Shown one piece after another: positions 44,209-56,200 of a DNA stretch of 64,000 bases. Under the pieces are notes generated by a model. The model was not told the DNA's origin and did not search any database. It worked only from the letters and a program-made list of their open reading frames with translations. The stretch comes from the human T2T-CHM13v2.0 reference genome, Homo sapiens. The position numbers and the translations under genes are program-made. The DNA lies in assembly GCF_009914755.1 (NCBI RefSeq), contig NC_060931.1. One strand, given 5' to 3'. Numbering within the stretch: position 1 is the first letter of the stretch; every line of letters begins with the position of its first letter.

Positions 44209-44669
44209 CCCGTCCTGATGAACCCAGAGAAACTAATTTCTGCCATCAGAAAAGTCCTCCACCAGAACACCAAATAATGATATGCGCTGCTCTAAAGGAA
44301 ACAGCAAGCCAGCCGGGTTCTGGCTCTAGGAGGTCTCTGGAGGTACAATAATATAAACCTGATCAATTGCAATTAAAATCTGAACAGAGGCTTAGAACTT
44401 GAAGTCTTGGTGCATTAGTTCTTGCCAAAAGCAGATGTGATTGTGAGCTGGAAGCAATTTCTCCTGGTAATTTGTGATGACACTGGGTAGTACAGCCCCA
44501 GAGTCCCCAAAGACAAACTCATCAGAGGCTCTAATGTATGCATGACACATGAGGTGGCTCTTTTAGAGCTCAATTAATTGGGCTGAATATTAAGACAGCA
44601 AGTTCAGGACTTCTTTTCTTTCTCCTTCTAGAGTTGCTTTCCCCCCTTTTAAAGCAAATTTTGCCTTAC

Positions 44670-44717
44670 CTTCTGCAAGCCATGTTTCCTGTAATTGACT
44701 TAGATCTTGAAAGAGTT
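44670..44717 (-). CDS. ETV1: ETV1 coding exon 5 (48 nt), ELFQDLSQLQETWLAE, core of the acidic activation domain
   Basis: Acceptor CTTGTTTTTTAG|, donor AAG|GTAAGG; phase 1-1; conserved PEA3-family TAD helix. Confidence 0.98.
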
Positions 44718-46117
44718 CTAAAAAACAAGTCAAAGACATAAACATAAGATTTGCAAATCTTTAATCTTCATTAAATGGAAATATTTGTCATGAAATTGGT
44801 ATTAAATATAAATTTAATTTCAAGAGACGCAGTCAACATAAAAATAAAAAAAAGAGGCATAACTTAAATATCTCAATAATACTGCCTACTTTTCATGCCT
44901 ATTAAGCAACTCTTTAAGAAATTATTTTAGTCAACTAAAGAATAAAGTCAATCATCTTTTCTTCTTTTTAACAAACAGCTTAATAAATAAGCTCAGGGAT
45001 ACCAGAATTCACAAAAAGGCTGAGGTGAATATGTGTCTGTTCACTGAAATCTTCCTTAAATATATTTAACTCTTGCTAAAATAGTAGTAGGGGGAAGATT
45101 AGAAAGACTGAAAAGCATTTTATTTATATCTTCTGAATCTTACATAAAATATATAATGGTACATGGTACAACTGTCAAAGTATTATGTTTTCAACTTCAA
45201 TACCTCGAAACTAAAAGAAACCACTTCAAATACAAGTTTTTAGAGGAAAATTTCTACATTAATAGGTTTATAAAAGTCAGAAAGATAATTCTTTGGCACC
45301 AGGTTCTCATCAAGTTCTAAACTATATGGTCATGTTAGGGAGGGAGAGAGGGAGGTATTTAAATGGTATGAAGATTTGAGGAAGTTTCAGAATTCAGTAT
45401 ATCTAATTAAAATTGCCAACTAAACTTTGATAATTAAATCTAAGTATATTAAGTTTATTATGAATGTCCTCATATGGCTAAAATAATTTGTAACATACTG
45501 ACATCCTAGCAACAGTTCATAAAAAGAATCTGCAAACTAATTTCCCAAATAGTATTATAATTATTAAGGAGGCCTTAAGTATGATTCAGTGAACACATTA
45601 TGGTCGATAAACAAGGTATTATGACCTCACAATTTAGTCATCAAAATCACCCTTGAAAATTCTGTTAATAGTAGATGGTTTTAGTGTAAAGGAGGTGGGA
45701 AACCAAACAATCACTAATACTGTTTAACTTGTAATAAAGGAGAAAGAAAAAAGTAAGCAGTGTACATAGCTGCTGAATTTGTCCCACTGTATTGGATATT
45801 TTTAAATTGTTATCTTAGTGAATGGGGTGAGTTATATGCCCCATGGACAAAGGTATTTAAACACAAAACAATGATTAAAAGAAGGTTGTCATTGAGAAGT
45901 TTTTATTTCCTTCTTTCATTACTTTGTGATAGGACCATAAAATAGTCTCCCATGCAAACTGCCGCATTATGTAAATCGTTCCAAGTTAAAGTCTTAGTTA
46001 GATTCAGTAATTTCAAAGTTTATTATTTTTAAGATAAGACTGAAGTGCTCCTTTTCTTTTAGCAGGGTGGAGAGTGTAGGTAAAAAAATGGGGATTCAGC
46101 CCAAAATCAAACCTCAC

Positions 46118-46205
46118 CTTCTGAATCATGAGCCAGATCTCTGTTAATGAATTTTCTTTTCCTGACATTTGTTGGTTTCTCGTTACAATTTCTCCCACGC
46201 TGACT
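46118..46205 (-). CDS. ETV1: ETV1 coding exon 4 (88 nt), SQRGRNCNEKPTNVRKRKFINRDLAHDSE
   Basis: Acceptor TCTTTCCCTTTGTAG|, donor AAG|GTGAGG; translation continues ETV1 in frame. Confidence 0.98.
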
Positions 46206-46252
46206 CTACAAAGGGAAAGATAAAATCCTTTAAAAGAATGTAAACCTCAGAT

Positions 46253-46290
46253 CACACACACGCACACGCGCGCGCACACACACACACACA
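46253..46290. repeat. CA/CG alternating purine-pyrimidine tract
   Basis: cacacacacgcacacgcgcgcgcacacacacacacaca. Confidence 0.9.
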
Positions 46291-46711
46291 GACATGCATA
46301 CATAAGTCTAATGGATCTTCTCTGAATAGAAAAATAGAAGTCCATAGTATCAACTCTAATATTCATTTTCTCACTTATTTGACAGTGAAAGCTTATGTTA
46401 AGCAGGCAGGGAGAGTTGCTTCCCAGTGCCGATCTTAGCACATTACTATTTATCAATCATATATTCATGGTATCTCAGCATCAAAACAACCTGAAGCATT
46501 TACACTTAAAGTTGTTTTTAGGCTGGTTCAATGCTAGATTAAAACAGTGGGTTTTATTCTCTCTTGGACAGCCCCTCCTCCCCACCCCACCCCCACAAAA
46601 AAAAAAAGCAAAAAGAGTAGAGAAATGAAAAAAAAAAAAAAGAGAAAATGAGAAAAAAAAAAGAAACAAAAACACCCCATATAAACAAAAAGTGTCAGCA
46701 TTTGTCTCAAC

Positions 46712-46798
46712 TTCATTCTTTTCAATGTGGCAGACAAACCCAGCCAAAAACTTTGAGTGCAGCAGCTGCTGCTGCCCTCCATCTCCTCTTCCACTCAT
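46712..46798 (-). CDS. ETV1: Candidate alternative first coding exon in intron 3, MSGRGDGGQQQLLHSKFLAGFVCHIEKNE
   Basis: AACATGA start (A at -3), 29 codons to a weak donor GAA|GTTGAG, phase 0 compatible with exon 4; consistent with a recalled longer annotated isoform. Confidence 0.55.
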
Positions 46799-47039
46799 GT
46801 TGGGCACTTTAATCAGAAAAAGGGGTCTTAAAAACAAAACTATGCCTTATCCAAATCACTGAAAGGTAAGCTCATTTTGAAGACTGGGCTTCTAGAAGCA
46901 GAGTCGCCCTACAGTGGCAACAAAGCAGATAAGTATCTGCAATCCCAACCCCCGTGCCCCCTCCCTTCTCATTTTCTCCCTCTCCCCACCCCCGACGGAG
47001 TCAAGTTTATAAACAGCAACTTTCAAACTGATCACTCAC

Positions 47040-47084
47040 ATTGGTGACCATGTAAGGCACTTGCTGGTCATAAAATCCATCCAT
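47040..47084 (-). CDS. ETV1: ETV1 first coding segment (exon 3), MDGFYDQQVPYMVTN
   Basis: AGCATGG strong Kozak at 47084; 45 nt translate to the known ETV1 N-terminus; donor AAT|GTGAGT at 47039; phase 0. Confidence 0.98.
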
Positions 47085-47171
47085 GCTGCTGCTCTTCGCA
47101 AATCTCAGCTCAGTATTTTATATTTTGAGCATTTAGCTGGAGATTTCCTCAGGATCTGGACTTCTATCAAC
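47085..47171 (-). other. ETV1: ETV1 5' UTR part of exon 3
   Basis: Acceptor CTTGTTCCCCTCTAG|GTTGATAG at 47172/47171, contiguous with the start codon. Confidence 0.9.
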
Positions 47172-47299
47172 CTAGAGGGGAACAAGATGGCTTTTAGGCT
47201 TAAAAAAAAATCATGAATGAAGCTCTTGAATTTGCATAGCTAATTACCCTCCGACAGTCCCATTCACAAAAATAACCCTCCCTACACCGCCTCCTTCAC

Positions 47300-47496
47300 C
47301 TGGATCCAAAGAGAGCCAACAGAGTTCACAATTTACATATTTTCGGTAGTAGCAAAAATCCGAACAAGAGGCGATGTATTTATTTACACTCTCGATGTTT
47401 CCCTGCGCGGTCGGTGTACCCCGGGCAGCTCTGATTCGCAAACGTGTGCAAAACTAGCAATGGCGATCAACGAGACTTGCTTTGCACCTAACGGGA
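47300..47496 (-). other. ETV1: ETV1 non-coding exon 2
   Basis: Acceptor TCTCCGTCTCTTTAG|TCCC (second AG 9 nt downstream), donor CAG|GTGAAG; a possible alternative donor GG|GTAATT lies near 47247. Confidence 0.75.
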
Positions 47497-47594
47497 CTAA
47501 AGAGACGGAGACACCTCTTTCATCAGGATAGTTTTTGCGACCCACAACCATGCAATTATCTGGAGAGACATAAAAAGTTGTTGGAAAGACCCAC

Positions 47595-47698
47595 CTGAAG
47601 GCCACGCTAGGCGAAAGGCTGCAAAAACTTCCCTCCAAATTTAATAAAAACATTAATTATAGCCCAGCACTTCCCCCTTGGAAGCCGAAAGCGCCTCT
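47595..47698 (-). other. ETV1: ETV1 non-coding exon 1 (proximal promoter; TSS approximate)
   Basis: Donor CAG|GTGGGT at 47594; CCAAT box about 80 bp upstream; 5' end AGAGGCGC from recollection of the mRNA. Confidence 0.75.
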
Positions 47699-48010
47699 GA
47701 CAGAGCTCAATTCGGTGGTTTTTCCTCTACTTCTCCTCCAGGGGCCTCCAATCCAAACTGATGGATCGCTGCCTCCCATTGGCTCCGCGTCTCTTTCACA
47801 AGATCAGATTTCGGGCTGTCAATCAGGCGGCTTGCTGCCCCTTCCCGCGGGTCTCCCTCGCCCCTCTGCCCTAGGGGGTGCTCGGCCGGTAGGCGCTGGG
47901 TCCTCAGCCTGGAAGCGCCACGGAGAGACTCGATTTCCTCTGTAACCCGCTGCTTATTGTTAAGGCGCCTGGGGATACTGAAACCGTGTGTTTCGAGTCG
48001 CCAGTTCCCA
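47699..48010 (-). promoter_or_regulatory. ETV1: ETV1 proximal promoter, CpG-rich
   Basis: CpG-dense sequence; AGCCAATGG on the minus strand near 47780; directly upstream of exon 1. Confidence 0.8.
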
Positions 48011-48584
48011 TTATTGGGGTGTTAGGTCCACTATTGGGCTGGTTTCCTTAAAGTACTGTTGTGCGGTTCTGGTATACCCTTAGAGCCGCGATCCACAAAG
48101 CCCGTACCGCCTTATTCAGCTGCCCTCCCCTCAGGATCTCCAACCTCTCTACTCTTGCCCTGACTAGGAGCTCACCTCGCTCTCTATCCTCATTCCCACT
48201 CAGCTTTTGGCCCAATTTATTTTCCCGTTTTTCAAAACCCACCATCACCATTATGGTTTATCGAAACATTTTTTAAACAGTCATCCTCAACTAAAATTAG
48301 ATCCTATCGTTCGTGGGACAGAAACATAAAGAATCTATAAGGAAGGCACCTAGGAGATGCAGAATTGCTGATTAGCAGAGGTTGTGATGGGAGGACAACA
48401 GAGCAAGCTAGGTGAAAAAGTATAAGTCAAAATGGTCCCTACGTGTGCACTGGGAAAAGGTACTTCCAGTCCACTGTGGCTGTGGGGAGGAGGAGGGAGG
48501 GCTTGGGGTTGCTCGTATATCCTAGGACCCGCACGTTTCCTGAGCTTTTGTTATGTATACACGGAGGCGGAGGGTGTCACTTAC

Positions 48585-49460
48585 TGTACTTGACGCTTTC
48601 ACTTCCTCTCCAGCTTTTAAACAGCCAGAGCCCAGGGTTGGGGGCGAGCGGTGAGATGGCTCGGGTTTCAAGGACAATAACTAGGACGTTAAGCAGTGAG
48701 GGCTGCATCTGTGAAGCCACTTGCCCTGATCCTCCTATGGGACTCAGAACAGTAAAGCGTCACTTTAAGGAGCCAGTGTCCAACAGCGGACGGGAGGCCG
48801 CGGGGATAGGACCAGGGACTCAATGCTGTTGAAATTCATTTGTGACCAGAACTAGTGACCAAAAGACGTTTCCGGCAGCTGTTCCGCCCGTTAGGAAACG
48901 TGCTGCAGTTCTCAATTTCTATTTGAAAGTTTCCTTCCTTAAATAGAACGTTATGGAGACACATTAAAATGGAGTGTAAGAGCGCACAGCACTCAACCCC
49001 GGACCTGGGCAGGAGAAAGATCTACTTAAAAAAGAAGCAAACAAACAAACAATCAACACTTATTACTGGGAAAACAACCAATAACTATGGACAGCAAAGA
49101 CAGACCCCGCGCATTCCCGGAAACTACTAAATCGGAGTTCACAACGCGCGCACCTATAAGCATTTTGAGCGGGAACTGCATTTTAACCCCGGCCAAGGAG
49201 AGATTCCAGGAAGCGCCTGGGCCCCGAGGCTGAACAGTGAAGCTCATGGGTACTATCTGAGGGTGCAACCAAGCAGGGGGTCAATAACAAGGGTCCTCCA
49301 CCACCCTGCACTCCTGGAATAACCCAGCGCCTGTAATCTGAGCAACAGTTTCCAAAGACCTTCTCTGCAGCCCGAGCCTGACGGGTATCCAGGGTAACCG
49401 CGAGGGGGCGGAGCTTCGGGTTAGGTCCCGGCGAGGTTCTTCCCGCAGCCAATAACGAGC
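48585..49460 (-). other. ETV1: Candidate distal non-coding first exon of ETV1
   Basis: Consensus donor ACA|GTAAGT at 48584, downstream of the distal GC/CCAAT promoter; 5' boundary uncertain. Confidence 0.45.
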
Positions 49461-49850
49461 CGTAAATCCCCAGCCCATTGTTGTTTATTGCTGACCCCTC
49501 AGCGCTCCGCTAGGAGATTGGCCGCTTTAGGGAAGGGGGCGGAGTCCCGCCCGCCCCAACAGCCACCTTTCGTCTCCATTCACAAAATTCCGGCCCTTCT
49601 TGGTCACGTGGTTGGGGGCGTGGAGGGGTAGAGGAAATGACACAACAAAGGCCCAAGTATCCCAAACCACAAAACTTTTTTCAGCTCGCTGCCTCCTCTT
49701 TGTCCTGTCCCTGAAACAGATACTAGATGAGGAAAAAGAGGTTGGGGTCTGGGAGTAATAACAAGAGAGAAAAAAATTAAGACCGAAATTAAAGGAAGGC
49801 TCACGTGGGGATAATTCCGGCGTGCACTGCTTAGACAGCTTTTGCACTAG
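49380..49850. promoter_or_regulatory. ETV1: Distal CpG-rich promoter
   Basis: GGGGGCGGAG GC boxes near 49405 and 49535, CCCGCCCGCCCC near 49546, CCAAT in both orientations (about 49449, 49517), GTCACGTG near 49603, TCACGTG at 49801. Confidence 0.75.
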
Positions 49851-51644
49851 AGGAAAGAAAGAATTGAGAGTGGGGAGAAAGTCTTAAGGACTGGGAACTT
49901 TTGCTTGCTGCTTCAAGTCATTGCTTTTAAAGGTGCAAACTGTTCGACTGTAGATGGATTTCAGTTTTTTCACTTAACATTCTGTAATTTTCATTTCTAC
50001 CTTTTTTTGTATCCCACAGTGTCTTGTTAGTTTTTTAAAGCTTTTATGTATTATTAGTATTATATATTTTTAGGAATATTGATGGTTTTCGCTGGCTGAT
50101 AGCTTTAGTTTCCATTTCCAAAGACTTATCACTCCTTCCCAGGCCCCCATAAGCTCTGCGCCCCTTCTCCCTCCCTTTAGTGGACTGGCACTCTCAGGCG
50201 CTGCGCTGTTAAGCCTCAGATTTTACTACGTATTGCGGTGGCTTCATATTTTCCCTTTTGAGTTCTTTAAACGAACTCATATCTTTTAACTCTTTGATCT
50301 TCATAGTAACTGAAAATGATGTTCTCGTGTGAATAAGCAGCTAGTCTCGCTACAGCTCGGTTTTGTTGAAACAGCCTAAAATTTTGAGATAAATGTGTCC
50401 CTCTTGACTGTGAACGATTGAACCACCCTCTTTTCTTTCTCCCACTTTCTCTTCTGTCCTTTCTCTGCATTGATACTTACTGAAACACTATCTCTTCTGT
50501 CCTTTCTATGCCTTGATACTCAGACACTAGCTTCTAGTTTGGCAGTTGTTTATCTTCTCTGCTTGGCACTGGGAAAAACCAATAGACCCACTTGCTGAAG
50601 ACAGTGGAAGGGCTGAAAATTTGTTTTTCAGAAAATGTAAGATCTTGGAAAATATCTGCAAAGGCAGCTGTTCTGTCTACAAGACAGGAACATAAAAAGC
50701 TGGACAAAGTTTCCACTACTTTTTGAGAATGTCTTTAAAACATCAGTTTAGTAAATGCCAGCCCTTTTGAACGGAAAATTTCATTTTGGCAGGATTTCAG
50801 GCATAGAATGGCAGAGCAGAGGCCAAGAGGCTTTGACATTTATTTGCTTGTATTTTGAAATCCCATTTGGATTTTGAAATAAGAGTTCTTGAGAGAAAGC
50901 TACCCCCCTCCAAAAAAAAGTCCATTTTTGAGTTTGGAAAGTTTTTAGGTTGCATGTAAAACTATTTAAATTTTTATATTTCCCTTGCTGTTATTTAATA
51001 AAGTAAAATAATATTCATTAGTGACTTCTCTACAGTTAACTTACTATGGCATTATGAAGAAATTGCACGTTGTTAAAGAAAGTGAATTTCTAAAAGCAGT
51101 TACAGAAAGGCAACAAGCTAAAATGGCGCTGCTTGTTTTAAATGGTTGCTATAATTAAAATCAAATGAAGTTTGCTCAAAATTGAGTAGAGTATTAAGTA
51201 AAACAGTAACTTTTAAAATTTGTTGTATTAAAACAGTATGTAAGGCAAATTGTTAAAGATCTAGTTTGCACAGTTACATCAAATAGATAAGAAAAAGATA
51301 TAAAATTAAACAGCAAAATTGGCCAAGAAAATGAACAAGTGAAAATAATTCCAAAGGAGAACATAGAGTCCTCACAGGAGGGTGAAAGATAATCAGTGGC
51401 TTCAGGAACACTGTATGTGAGGAGTAGCAGAAATTTGAGAGGAGGGTGGAGCCTGGGAAGAAGGTAAGGGTATCAAGGAAACTGATACTATGTAGCTGTA
51501 TACTCTCTCACTCTCAATACTGCCATTTTCAGCTGGTGACTATCTGTAAACTCCCTCAAGTAGAGGAATTGCAAACAACTTATAAATGTGGAAAAAAAAA
51601 CTTTTAACTGCACCCCAAATCAGTACATTATACTGTACACTTAA

Positions 51645-51991
<347 letters not shown>

Positions 51992-52009
51992 TTAAAGAAT
52001 GTTTTAACT

Positions 52010-52360
52010 CATCAATTTGGAAGGAAGTTTCTAATATACTTAGAGTTGGATCCTAGGATAAGGGCACTCATGTATATTGCTGGTTGGAATGTGACTTTTT
52101 GAAACCTTTTGAAGGTAAGCTTACAATGTCTACTAGACTTTAAAATGAACATCTATTAGACCCTAAAATTATATCCAATAATCCTCATTTGGGAAATCTA
52201 TACTACAAAAATAAAAGCAATGGTGCATGAAGACATTTATTGAAATATTAGGTACCAAGGAAAAAATCTGGCAGCAACTTCAGTATCCACCAATAAGGAA
52301 ATGGATTTGACAAAGTATGATACTCTTATAGTTTGGAATTCAATTATCATTATATACCTG
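52010..52360 (+). mobile_element. Old L1M fragment
   Basis: GGCACTCATGTATATTGCTGGTTGGAATGT and related 3' L1 motifs. Confidence 0.6.
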
Positions 52361-53719
52361 TTAAAAAGTATGCTATATGGTTGGTTCTCAAATTTGAGAT
52401 TATATAAGACACTCCTTGTTAAAAAGTGACATCCCTGGGTGGATTCATAGAGTTTCTGATTCCGTAGGCTTGAGCAAATCACGTGGGAATTCTGTTGCAG
52501 GAGGTTGTGTTGCAGTTAGTATGTCAACATTTCTTTGAAAAATCGTGAGTTGAACTTCTACCTCACAAGTCCAAAAGGAAGCCAGCATTGTGTGCTAGTC
52601 CAGACCTGTTTTGCTTGACCCACATAATGTTGACCCTCAAGGGAAAGTTATTGTCAACATTCAAAATTCATATTATACACAAAAATTTAGACTTCCATTG
52701 CTTGAAAAATTAGAGAATATGGTAACACTGGGCCTAAATTCCCACATAGCAACCATGAGCTGGAGCTGATGTAAAGGAGCTGATGTTCCTCATGAAGAAG
52801 CATGGGCTCACAGTTTTGCCATGGTCTACATTCTTCCCCAAACCCTGTTTGTCTTGTTGATGTTACCTACCTTACCTCTGAAATGATTTGCATGCAACTA
52901 TGATTTACATGTGACATAGCGTATTGAATGATAATAAAAGCAAGAGACAGAATATACAGTACCATATATTCTGTTTTCGTTAAAAAGAAAAAATAGTGTA
53001 CATATAGGTGTGTATATACACTTACACATATATATGTATTCACAACCTTTTTTTTGTTATTGTCCCCAAGGAGCTTTTTTAGACATGTTTATTCCTTATC
53101 ACCTCCTTCTCATTATATTTTAATACCACAGTTTTACTGTGTATCTGTTTGTGTCCTGTAGTCCTTTAGAGTGTCACAAACCATTATGACACCTAAGATA
53201 CATCCCTCCAATAACCAGTTTTCAACACTTGGGAGTAATATCACCCCCACTAACAATGTAAGGTATATATATCTATAGTTTTATTTTTTAAGATGCTATA
53301 TTACCTATAAATATTAAAATTTTTATGATCAAATGAGTGGCAGGGAAGGATACACACTTATCTTTTACACTAAGTTACATTTTTCTAATAGTTTGGATTG
53401 CAAGTGGGAATCAAAAGATAATATTTTTTTCTAATACTTGAAATGGTTTGTTACAACATGCAAGTTTCATAGACGTATTTTTTCTTAACCCACTACATGA
53501 AGGAAGAAATCAGTAGTTTATTAGAGTTAATTAATTAGAGATAAATTATTAGCATTCAAATTAGAGTTTGCAAGGACAACAGAAATTTTTATTTATAGAA
53601 CAGCAATATATCTAGGTGGTTATAGATCTTAATTTTTGAGTAATATATAAAGTTTGCAAAAACTAATAAGCAAGAAACAAAACACGAATCTCTACCTGCC
53701 TTTAAAAATACGATCGTTT

Positions 53720-54013
<294 letters not shown>

Positions 54014-54856
54014 TCATTTGCATTTCTTTTAGAATGAAAAGTATGACTTTGGTGACTTTAAAGTAAACAGTGAAACATTACCAGACTTCACTAATCTCCA
54101 CTTCATGGACAACAGTGAGAGATGCAGGTGTGGTTGCTATGGTTTATTTAAATGTAAAAGACAGGTTAGTAACAAAGACAAAAAAAGCATCACAAAAGTT
54201 TGTTTAGAAAGATAATTTTATTCTCCTGAGTTACAACTTGATTTGGAATGATTTAAAGCACAAACAATAAAGTTAGCGTTTTATATGTATTAGCCATTAA
54301 GAGGAATAATATTTCCAACCTGGCTGCCTAAAGTAGCTCCTCTGTAAGATCTTTCCGGAATAAGTTGGTTTTCCCCAGTTCTGAACCTCAAATTAGCCTT
54401 AGGGAACCTCGTCTTGTGAACTTTCAAAGCTAGCATTTCTCCATAGCTTTATATTCTGCATAAATATTTGTTACTGTTTTTTCATTTGATACACTTTTTA
54501 GGACCTTGTGTTCTTATTCAGTGGCACATAGAAGGTATTTAATGCATGTTTTTGGATGAATGAATTAATGCAAGGATAGCATACTTTCGAACTGCCTTTC
54601 TCTACAGATTTAAACTAACTTTAAGTATTAACCTAAGCAATGTTTTGGGAAATGACTTTTTTGAAAACAAACAAACAAAAATACTGGACAATTAAAACAG
54701 CCTGAATATCTGAGTACAAATAAGTTTTAGTTAAAAGATTTTTCTTATTTTTGAGAGTAGATCTCTTACCATACTCTCCCCCCAAAAAAAGTAACTATGT
54801 GCAGTGATGGATATGCTAATTAACTTGATCATACGAATCACTTCACAACGTATATA

Positions 54857-56200
54857 CAGTCATGAATAGCTTAATGATGGGGATATGTTCTGAAAAAACG
54901 GTTTGATTAGAGTATTAGTCCATTTTCATACTGCTATGGAGAAGTGCCTGAGACTGCATAATTTATAAAGAAAAAGAGGTTTAATGGACTCACAAGTCCC
55001 TGTAGCTGGGAAGCCCTCACAATCATGGCAGAAGGGGAAGGAGGAGTGAAGACAGGTCTTACATGGTGGGAGAAAAGACAGAGTGTGCAGGTGAATTTCC
55101 CTTTATAAAACCATCAGATCTCGTGAGACTTTATTCACTATTACAAGAACAGTACAGGAAAAGCCCGCCCCTCATGATTCAATTACTTCTCACAAGGTCC
55201 CCTCCCATGACTCATGGGGATTATGGGAACTACAATTCAAGATGAGATTTGGGTAGAGCCACAGCCAAAACATATCATTCTGTTCCTGGCCCCTCCCAAA
55301 TCTCATGTCCTCACATTTCAAAACCAATCATGCCTTCCCTCCCAACAGTCCCCTAAAGTCTTAACTCATTTTAGCTTTAACTCAAAAGTCCAAGTCCCAA
55401 GTCTCATCTGAGATAAGGCAAGTCCCTTTTGCCTATGAGCCTGTAAAATCAAAAGCAAGTTAGTTACTTCCTAGATACAATGGGGGTACAGGCATTGGGT
55501 AAAATACACCTTTTCCAAGTGGGAGAAATTGGCCAAAACAAAGGGGCTACAGGCCCCACACAAGTCCAAAATCCAATAGACCAGTCATTAAACTTTAAAG
55601 TTCTAAAGTGATCTCCTTTGACTCCATGTGTCACATCCAGGTCACGCTGATGTGAGAGGTGGGTTTCCATGGTCTTGGGCAGCTCCACCGCTGTGGCTTT
55701 GCAGGGTCCAGCGCCCATCTCTGCTGCTTTCATGGGCGGTCATTGAGTGTCTGCAGCTTTTCCAGGCACACAATCCAAGCTGGTAATGGATCTAACATTT
55801 TGAGGTCTGGAGGACTGTGGTCCACTTCTCATGGCTCCACTAGGCAGTGCCCTAGTAGGAACTTTGTGTGGGGGCTCTGACCCCACATTTCCCTTCTTCA
55901 TTGCCTTAGCAAGAGGTTGTCCCTGAGGGCCCCGCCCCTCCAGCAAATACATAAACCAGTAATAGTCATTTATTATTATTATATACTGTATGTTATTGTG
56001 TGTGCTATACTTTTACATGACTGGCAATGCCGCAGGTTTGTTTATATCGGCATCAACACAAACAGGTGAGTATCACATTGCACTATGATGCCTTGCCTAC
56101 TAGACAATAGGAATTTTTCAGCTCCATTGTAATCTTAGGAGCCCACCATTGTATATGCGGTCTGTTGTTGACTAAAAGATTGTTATGCAGTACATGAATG
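54857..56200. mobile_element. MER47/Tigger-family DNA transposon, interrupted
   Basis: TIR-like ends CAGTCATG / CATGAATG with TA target duplication. Confidence 0.8.
54911..55950 (-). mobile_element. THE1/MST MaLR: one LTR (54911-55277) plus truncated internal region
   Basis: Reverse LTR GTATTAGTCC...CAAAACATATCA followed by MaLR internal sequence. Confidence 0.9.

Noticed and set aside
46013-46198. 61-aa ORF overlapping exon 4
   Set aside because: Unspliced +1 frame of the real ETV1 exon with a GTG start, running into the intron
46862-46870. Strong plus-strand donor AAG|GTAAGC suggesting an antisense transcript
   Set aside because: Isolated motif; similar hits occur by chance elsewhere in the window
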